Below are positions 56,791 to 64,000 of a stretch of 64,000 nt of DNA, piece by piece; within the stretch, counting starts at the first letter, position 1; each line of letters starts with the position of its first letter. The DNA lies in the NCBI RefSeq assembly GCF_902713615.1, contig NC_052166.1, positions 11,496,531 through 11,560,530 of the forward strand. The letters are read 5' to 3'. Origin of the DNA: Scyliorhinus canicula. Lineage: Eukaryota. The position numbers and the translations under genes are program-made. The notes under the pieces were generated by a model. It did no database searches, was not told the DNA's origin, and was given only the letters and a program-made list of their open reading frames with translations.

Positions 56791-57130
56791 GGCAGCACGG
56801 TAGCATGGTGGTTAGCATCAATGCTTCACAGCTCCAGGGTCCCAGGTTCGATTCCCGGCTGGGTCACTGTCTGTGCGGAGTCTGCACGTCCTCCCCGTGT
56901 GTGCGTGGGTTTCCTCCGGGTGCTCCGGTTTCCTCCCACAGTCCAATGATGTGCGTGTTAGGTGGATTGGCCAGGCTAAATTGCCCTTAGTGTCCTAAAA
57001 AAATAATGTTAATGGGGGTTGTTGGGTTACTGGTATAGAGTGGATACGTGGGCTTGAGTAGGGTGATCATTGCTCGGCACAACATTGAGGGCCGAAGGGC
57101 CTGTTCTGTGCTGTACTGTTCTAAAATAAA
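56791..57130 (+). mobile_element. V-SINE inserted in CR1 ORF1, TSD AGTAC
   Basis: TSD at 56760-56764 and 57131-57135, with a 26-bp 5' filler at 56765-56790. Confidence 0.9.
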
Positions 57131-57501
57131 AGTACCTTGGGTGTGGCTACCTCCCTGTAACTCTTCTCGATAACCCACTCTGCCTCCCGGATGATCTGAA
57201 GTTCATCTAGCTCCAGTTCCCTAACACGGTCTCTGAGGAGCTGGAGTTGGGTGCACTTCCTGCAGGTTTAGTCAGTGGGGACACCGGTGGTATCCCTCAC
57301 CACCCACATCCTACAGGAGTAGCATGCAACTTCCCTAGCCTCCATCGTCACTTACTTTACAGAATATAGCTGCCCTGTAGACCAACTGGACCTCCGCCCT
57401 CCGACTCTACTCCCAGTCAGCTGCACTCTGTAAACTCCTGGGACCCTTCTTGCTCTTTGTGGAAATGAAATTAAAGGAGTACCTTGCTCCCTCCTCAACT
57501 A

Positions 57502-57719
57502 ACTCCCTCAGTCACCAAACTCCCACTATAACACTCAAATGCACCAAGTTCAGCACTGCCTCAGCCACCAAACTCTCACTATCGCACTCAAATGCACCAA
57601 GTTCAGCACTCCCTCAGTCACCAAACTCTCACTATAGCACTCAAATGCACCAAGTTCAGCACTCCCTAAGTCACCAAACACTCACTATAGCACTCAAATG
57701 CACCACGTTCAGCACTCCC
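57502..57719. repeat. 4 x 53-bp tandem repeat in a CR1 5' UTR
   Basis: Units start at 57502, 57555, 57608 and 57661 (ACTCCCTCAGTCACCAAACTCTCACTATAGCACTCAAATGCACCAAGTTCAGC). Confidence 0.9.
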
Positions 57720-58718
57720 GTATTGTTCTTTGTTGTTTGTTTTTTTGTTCATTCAGGATTCACGTTGACTGCTGCAGAAGTGCCTATCTGTCCGCTGACT
57801 AGAGAAGTCCATTATTACTATTGGCCATCCACTGTCACCCCACCACCTCTGAACCCCCAGTCACTCCTGTCACTGCACCCCGCACCTCCACCCTGTAAAG
57901 ACTGGCTGCTTCTGTTGCCAGGAGCTTGTCTCTGTCTACGCTCCATCTCTGTCTAGGCTCCATCTCTGTCTACGCTCCTTGGAAGAAGTAGCCCTGCCAT
58001 CAGCCTCCAACAAGGAATACTGCTTTTCTCATGGGAGCCCCGGGAACTCCTGAACTACTGAGCTGTTTCTCTTGGACTGCCTGGTAGTCACCCATCCCCT
58101 TCCTTCCTCAAGTACCTTCCACTGTGGTGTAATCACCTCCCTAAACGTGCTATCTCAAATACTCTGACTCAAGATGCTCCACAACGTCCTCATTCGCTGT
58201 CTCAGCAATGATCTTAAAGGTTGCAGAAACTGCAGTTGGACATACTTGCTACAAAATTAGTTAACTCATACCAACACTGACAGAAAAAGCAAAACTATAC
58301 TATGGCAAATCAGTTGGCTCAGCAATATCATATTCTAAGAGTCTGTTTCAAAGGCATTGCAAAAGACAGATGGTGCCTGAAGATCAACTAGCACTTGCCC
58401 ATATAAATCCATGCTCCGAGACATCAAAAACATTCTAATTCATCATCTATACATTAAGGACAGGAAAGAAGTTGTAAACGTCTTTATTCATGTCAGTGGG
58501 CCAGTCGGCACAATGGGGAATAAAATCGGTTGATGACCATCGCCCTCTGGAAATAAATCTCAGATTAACCATTCATGCCTGAAGCGAACTGAGAAATATC
58601 ATCTCCAAATGTAAGAACATAATTAGTAACACTGCGGGTTGTGGATTGGACAGGGTTAATAAGCAACTCCTTTCATGTTCCACAGCCAGTGCCTGTATTC
58701 CACAGAGAAGCAAAAGAT

Positions 58719-59084
58719 GGGCAGCACGGTAGCACAGTGGTTAGCATAAATGCTTCACAGCTCCAGGGTTCCAGGTTCGATTCCCGGCTGGGTCACTGTC
58801 TGTGCGGAGTCTGCACGTCCTCCCCGTGTGTGCGTGGGTTTCCTCCGGGTGCACCGGTTTCCTCCGGGTGCTCCGGTTTCCTCCCACAGTCCAAAGATGT
58901 GCGGGTTAGGTGGATTGGCCATGCTAAATTGCCCGTAGTGTCCTAAAAGGTAAGGTTAAGGGGGGGAGGGTTGTTGGGTTACGGGTATAGGGTGGAAACG
59001 TGGGTTTGAGTAGGGTGATCATCGCTCGGCACAACATTGAGGGCCGAAGGGCCTGTTCTGTGCTGTACTGTTCTATGTTCTATG
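58719..59084 (+). mobile_element. V-SINE with a short internal duplication in the V-domain
   Basis: Full-length; GGTTTCCTCCGGGTGC is duplicated at about 58837-58875. Confidence 0.9.
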
Positions 59085-59416
59085 CGAGGGGAGAACAGAG
59101 GCCGAGTGCCAAGTTGAAAGCAAGAGCCATAGTGCGCTAGATTGTGATAAATATTAAACTACAAAATATTAATGATTACTGAATTACTTCACATTTTGTC
59201 TCCCGCTGATTCCTACTTCGCACAGTCTTCCTTTTACAACTGGTTATTATGTATATGTCAATGTTAGCTGTCCGCCTCTTCTCATACTCTTCCATCTCTT
59301 TAATTATTTACCTTTTGACTTCACCTCCGAACTTTCTATATAGATAGATAGAGAAATACAGCACAGAACAGGCCCTTCGGCCCACGATGTTGCGCCGAAC
59401 TTTTGTCCTAGGTTAA

Positions 59417-59625
59417 TCATAGAATTTTGGACAATTTGTCATGGCCAATCCACCCAACCTGCACATCTTTGGACCGTGGGAGGAAACCGGAGCACCCGGA
59501 GGAAACCCACGCAGTCACGGGGAGGACGTGCAGACTCCACACAGACAGCGACCCAAGTCGAAATCGAACCTGGGACCCTGGAGCTGCGAAGCAATTGCGC
59601 TATCCACAATGCTACCGTGCTGCCC
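59417..59625 (-). mobile_element. V-SINE embedded in the CR1 3' UTR (equivalent at about 54660-55079)
   Basis: tRNA head + V-domain + AAATTCTATGA end, flanked by TTAA at 59413-59416 and 59626-59629. Confidence 0.85.
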
Positions 59626-59658
59626 TTAAGAAGTTAACCTACACTCCCTTATTCTACC

Positions 59659-62463
59659 CTAATCCAAGTACCTATCCAATAGCCGTTTGAAGGTCCATAA
59701 ATTTTCCGACTCAACTACTACCACAGGCAGTGCATTCCATGCCCCCACTACTCTCTGGGTAAAGAACCTACCTCTGACATCCCCTCTATATCTTCCACCA
59801 TTTATCTTAAATTTATGTCCCCTTGTAATGGTGTGTTCCACCCGGGGAAAAAGTCTCTGACTATCTACTCTATCTATTCCCCTGATCATCTTATAAACCT
59901 CTATCAAGTCGCCCCTCATCCTTCTCCGTTCCAATGAGAAAAGGCCCAGCACCCTCAATCTTTCCTCGTATGACCTACTCTCCATTCCAGGCAACATCCT
60001 GGTAAATCTCCTCTGCACCTTTTCCAAAGCTTCCACATCCTTCCTAAAATGAGGTGACCAGAACTGCACACAGTACTCCAAATGTGGCCTGACCAAGGTT
60101 TTGTACAGCTGCATCATCACCTCACGGCTCTTAAATTCAATCCCTCTGCTAATGAACGCTAGCACACCATAGGCCTTCTTCACAGCTCTATCCACTTGAG
60201 TGGCAACTTTCAAAGAACAATGAACATAGACCCCAAGATCTCTCTGCTCCTCCACATTGCCAAGAACCCTACCATTAACCCTGTATTCCGCATTCAGATT
60301 TGTCCTTCCAAAATGGACAACCTCACACTTGTCAGGGTTAAACTCCATCTGCCACTTCTCAGCCCAGCTCTGCATTCTATCTATGTCTCTTTGAAGCCGA
60401 CAACAGCCCTCCTCACTATCCACAACTCCACCAATCTTCGTATCATCTGCAAATTTACTGACCCACCCTTCCACTCCCTCATCCAAGTCGTTAATGAAAA
60501 TCACAAACAGCAGAGGACCCAGAACTGATCCCTGCGGTACGCCACTGATAACTGGGCTCCAGGCTGAATATTTGCCATCCACCACAACTCTCTGTCTTCT
60601 ATCGGTTAGCCAGTTTGTTATCCAACTGGCCAAATTTCCCACTATCCCATGCCTCCTTACTTTCTGCATAAGCCTACCATGGGGAACCTTATCAAATGCC
60701 TTACTAAAATCCATGTACACTACATCCACTGCTTTACCTTCATCCACATGCTTGGTCACCTCCTCAAAGAATTCAATAAGACTTGTAAGGCAAGACCTAC
60801 CCCTCACAAATCCGTGCTGACTATCCCTAATCAAGCAATGCCTTTCCAGATGCTCAGAAATCCTATCCCTCAGTACCCTTTCCATTACTTTGCCTACCAC
60901 CGAAGTAAGACTAACTGGCCTGTAATTCCCAGGGTTATCCCTATTCCCTTTTTTGAACAGGGGCACGACATTCGCCACTCTCCAATCCTCTGGTACCACA
61001 CCTGTTGACAGCGAGGACGAAAAGATCATTGCCAACGGCTCTGCAATTTCATTTCTTGCTTCCCATAGAATCCTTGGATATATCCCGTCAGGCCCGGGGG
61101 ACTTGTCTATCCTCAAGTTTTTCAAAACGCGCAACACATCTTCCTTCCTGACAAGTATCTCCTCAAGCTTATCAGTCTGCTTCACGCTGTCCTCTCCAAC
61201 AATATGGCCCCTCTCATTTGTAAATACTGAAGAAAAATACTTGTTCAAGACCTCTCCTATCTCTTCAGACTCAATACACAATCTCCCGCTACTGTCCTTA
61301 ATCGGACCTACTCTCACTCTAGTCATTCTCATATTTCTCACGTATGTGTAAAAGGCCTTGGGGTTTTCCTTGATCCTACCCGCCAAAGATTTTTCATGCC
61401 CTCTCTTAGCTCTCCTAATCCCTTTCTTCAGTTCCCTCCTGGCTATCTTGTATCCCTCCAGCGCCCTGTCTGAACCTTGTTTCTTCAGCCTTACATAAGT
61501 CTCCTTCTTCCTCTTAACAAGACATTCAACCTCTCTTGTCAACCATGGTTCCCTCACTCGACCATCTCTTCCCTGCCTGACAGGGACATACATATCAAAG
61601 ACACGCAGTACCTGATCCTTGAACAAGTTCCACATTTCACTTGTGTCCTTCCCTGACAGCCTATGTTCCCAACTTCTGCACTTCAATTCTTGTCTGACAG
61701 CATTGTATTTACCCTTCCCCCAATTGTAAACCTTGCCCTGTTGCACGCACCTATCCCTCTCCATTACTAAAGTGAAAGTCACAGAATTGTGGTCACTACC
61801 TCCAAAATGCTCCCCCACTAACAAATCTATCACCTGCCCTGGTTCATTACCAAGTACTAAATCCAATATGGCCTCCCCTCTGGTCGGACAATCTACATAC
61901 TGTGTTAGAAAAGCTTCCTGGACACACTGCACAAACACTACCCCATCCAAACTATTTGATCTAAAGAGTTTCCACTCAATGTTTGGGAAGTTGAAGTCGC
62001 CCATGACTACTACCCTGTGACTTCTGCACCTTTCCAGAATCTGTTTCCCAATCTGTTCCTCCACATCTCTGCTGCTATTGGGGGGCCTATAGAACACTCC
62101 CAACAAGGTGACTGCTCCTTTCCTATTTCTAACTTCAACCCATATTACCTCAGTAGGCAGATCCCCCTCGAACTGCCTTTCTGCAGCTGTTATACTATCT
62201 CTAATTAACAATGCCACCCCCCCACCTCTTTTACCATCCTCCCTAATCTTGTTGAAACATCTATAACCAGGGACCTCCAACAACCATTTCTGCCCCTCTT
62301 CTATCCAAGTTTCCGTGATGGCCACCACATCGTAGTCCCAAGTACCGATCCATGCATTAAGTTCACCCACCTTATTCCTGATGCTTCTTGCATTAAAGTA
62401 TACACACTTCAACCCATCTCCTTGCCTGCAAGTACTCTCCTTTGTCATTGTTACCTTCCCCAC
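59659..62463 (-). CDS. CR1 ORF2: APE endonuclease + reverse transcriptase (934 aa)
   Basis: Motifs YFNARSI, AITETW, MGDFN, SDHN, DFSKAFD, PQGSVLGP and FADD, with no stops. The true start codon is uncertain. Confidence 0.95.
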   Translation of the reverse strand: MGKVTMTKESTCRQGDGLKCVYFNARSIRNKVGELNAWIGTWDYDVVAITETWIEEGQKWLLEVPGYRCFNKIREDGKRGGGVALLIRDSITAAERQFEGDLPTEVIWVEVRNRKGAVTLLGVFYRPPNSSRDVEEQIGKQILERCRSHRVVVMGDFNFPNIEWKLFRSNSLDGVVFVQCVQEAFLTQYVDCPTRGEAILDLVLGNEPGQVIDLLVGEHFGGSDHNSVTFTLVMERDRCVQQGKVYNWGKGKYNAVRQELKCRSWEHRLSGKDTSEMWNLFKDQVLRVFDMYVPVRQGRDGRVREPWLTREVECLVKRKKETYVRLKKQGSDRALEGYKIARRELKKGIRRAKRGHEKSLAGRIKENPKAFYTYVRNMRMTRVRVGPIKDSSGRLCIESEEIGEVLNKYFSSVFTNERGHIVGEDSVKQTDKLEEILVRKEDVLRVLKNLRIDKSPGPDGIYPRILWEARNEIAEPLAMIFSSSLSTGVVPEDWRVANVVPLFKKGNRDNPGNYRPVSLTSVVGKVMERVLRDRISEHLERHCLIRDSQHGFVRGRSCLTSLIEFFEEVTKHVDEGKAVDVVYMDFSKAFDKVPHGRLMQKVRRHGIVGNLASWITNWLTDRRQRVVVDGKYSAWSPVISGVPQGSVLGPLLFVIFINDLDEGVEGWVSKFADDTKIGGVVDSEEGCCRLQRDIDRMQSWAEKWQMEFNPDKCEVVHFGRTNLNAEYRVNGRVLGNVEEQRDLGVYVHCSLKVATQVDRAVKKAYGVLAFISRGIEFKSREVMMQLYKTLVRPHLEYCVQFWSPHFRKDVEALEKVQRRFTRMLPGMESRSYEERLRVLGLFSLERRRMRGDLIEVYKMIRGIDRVDSQRLFPRVEHTITRGHKFKINGGRYRGDVRGRFFTQRVVGAWNALPVVVVESENLWTFKRLLDRYLD

Positions 62464-62546
62464 TGCATCACTACGTGCTTTGGCGTCCTGACTATCGTCT
62501 ACCTTAGTTGCTGGACTACAGATCCGGTTCCCATTCCCCTGCCAAA

Positions 62547-63482
62547 TTAGTTTAAACCCTCCCGAAGAGTACTAGAAAACCTCCCCCCCAGGATATTGGT
62601 GCCCCTCTGGTTCAGATGCAACCCGTCCTGCTTGTACAGGTCCCACCTTCCCCAGAATGCGCTCCAATTATCCAAATACCTGAAGCCCTCCCTCCTACAC
62701 CATTCCTGCAGCCACGTGTTCAACTGCACTCTCTCCCTATTCCTAGCCTCGCTATCACGTGGCACCGGCAACAAACCAGAGATGACAACTCTGTCTGTCC
62801 TGGCCCTTAACTTCCAGCCTAACTCCCTAAACTTGTTTATTACCTCTACACCCTTTTTCCTACCTACATCGTTGGTACCAATGTGCACCACGACTTCTGG
62901 CTGCTCACCCTCCCCCTTCAGGATCCTGAAGACACGATCAGAGACATCCCTGGCCCTGGCACCCGGGAGGCAACATACCTTTCGGGAGTCTCGCTCGCGA
63001 CCACAGAATCTCCTATCTATTCCCCTAACCATTGAATCTCCTATTACTATTGCTTTTCTATGCTCCCCCCTTCCCTTCTGAGCCCCAGAGCCAGACTCAG
63101 TGCCAGAGACCTGGCCGCTGGGGCCTTCCCCCGGTAGGTCATCCCCCCCAACAGCATCCAAAACGGTATACTTGTTTTGAAGGGGAATGGCCACGAGGGA
63201 TCCCTGCACTGTCTGCCTGTTAGTTTTCTTTCCCCTAACTGTAACCCAGCTACTCTTGTCCAGTACCTTTGGTGTGGCTACCTCCCTGTAACTCTTCTCT
63301 ATGACCCCCTCTGCCTCCCGGATGATCCGAAGTTCATCCAGCTCCAGCTCCAGTACCTTAACACGGTCTCTGAGGAGCTGGAGTTGGGTGCACTTCCCGC
63401 AGGTATAGTCAGCGGGGACACCAGTGGTATCCCTCACCACCCACATCCTACAGGAGGAGCATGCAACTGCCCTAGCCTCCAT
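62547..63482 (-). CDS. CR1 ORF1: zinc finger/leucine zipper + SGNH esterase-like domain (311 aa)
   Basis: CxxC...CxxC, heptad leucines, and SGNH blocks IGDS, HIGTND and DGLH. Confidence 0.92.
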   Translation of the reverse strand: MEARAVACSSCRMWVVRDTTGVPADYTCGKCTQLQLLRDRVKVLELELDELRIIREAEGVIEKSYREVATPKVLDKSSWVTVRGKKTNRQTVQGSLVAIPLQNKYTVLDAVGGDDLPGEGPSGQVSGTESGSGAQKGRGEHRKAIVIGDSMVRGIDRRFCGRERDSRKVCCLPGARARDVSDRVFRILKGEGEQPEVVVHIGTNDVGRKKGVEVINKFRELGWKLRARTDRVVISGLLPVPRDSEARNRERVQLNTWLQEWCRREGFRYLDNWSAFWGRWDLYKQDGLHLNQRGTNILGGRFSSTLREGLN

Positions 63483-64000
63483 CCCCTCTTACTTTACAGA
63501 ATTAGCTGCCCTGTGGACCAACTGGACCTCCGCCCTCCGACTCTGCTCCCAGTCAGATGTACTCTAAACTCCTGGTTCCCTTCACGCTCTTTGATAAATA
63601 TAGGAAATTAAATGAAAAGAGTACCTTACTCCCTCCTCACCTAACTCCCTCAGTCACCAAACTCTCACTGTAGCACTCAAATGCCACAAGCTCAGCACTC
63701 AGTGCAAACAAAGTCTGCACTGTATCTAGCCCCTATTTATACTGTGACTCTAGCTTCTAAAAACTGGCCTAATGCAATTAACTAATTAACAAGCTCCAGC
63801 TGCAAGTAAGTCCAAGTAGAACCTTGTTTAAAGCTGATTCAAAATTCACCTTCTTATAGACCAAACAGCAACTTTTAAGTTAATTAACTAAATAAAAGAA
63901 ATGTGTTGTTTCTCGTGTCTTAATAAAGCTCGCAGTCTCAAATGTGGAGAAGATGCTTTATTGTAAGTTCGTTCACTCTTCAGAGCTGTTTCCTAAGGTT

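Larger units (their letters stand above)
54615..57719 (-). mobile_element. CR1 sister copy with the RT region deleted
   Basis: Homologous to about 61590-63700 (ORF1 + endonuclease), joined at about 55090 directly to the SINE-containing 3' UTR. Confidence 0.85.
59341..63900 (-). mobile_element. Full-length, apparently intact CR1 LINE
   Basis: 5' UTR (boundary approximate), open ORF1 and ORF2, and a 3' UTR with the GGGCCGAAGGGCC tail and a (CTAT)n end. Confidence 0.93.

Noticed and set aside
57502-57719. CRISPR-like regular repeats
   Set aside because: There are no unique spacers; it is a simple tandem repeat in a eukaryotic LINE UTR.

Overview
This is vertebrate genomic DNA, probably from a shark or other elasmobranch (inferred from HE1-like V-SINEs paired with CR1 LINEs). 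Positions 1-38 kb hold a tandem array of about 12-kb units (1499-13319, 13320-25867, 25868-37982), plus the tail of a further unit at 1-1498. Each unit carries a 5-exon alpha-tubulin gene, an endogenous-retrovirus LTR with a tRNA-His primer-binding site, and CR1, L1 and SINE fragments. A fourth, older paralogue (46036-50674) has diverged introns and flanks but encodes the same protein as copy 1. The 450-aa isotype is divergent, lacks the C-terminal Tyr and ends ...[13 protein letters not shown]. Copy 2 is frameshifted. Copy 3 has a recent 209-bp palindromic insertion in its promoter that contains a minimal hammerhead-ribozyme motif (Penelope-like), and a second member of that family lies at about 52.5-53.1 kb. 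The rest is nested retroelements, including an intact two-ORF CR1 LINE (59.3-63.9 kb, minus strand) whose 3' UTR carries an embedded V-SINE that is also present in a sister copy. All coordinates and comparisons were made by eye.
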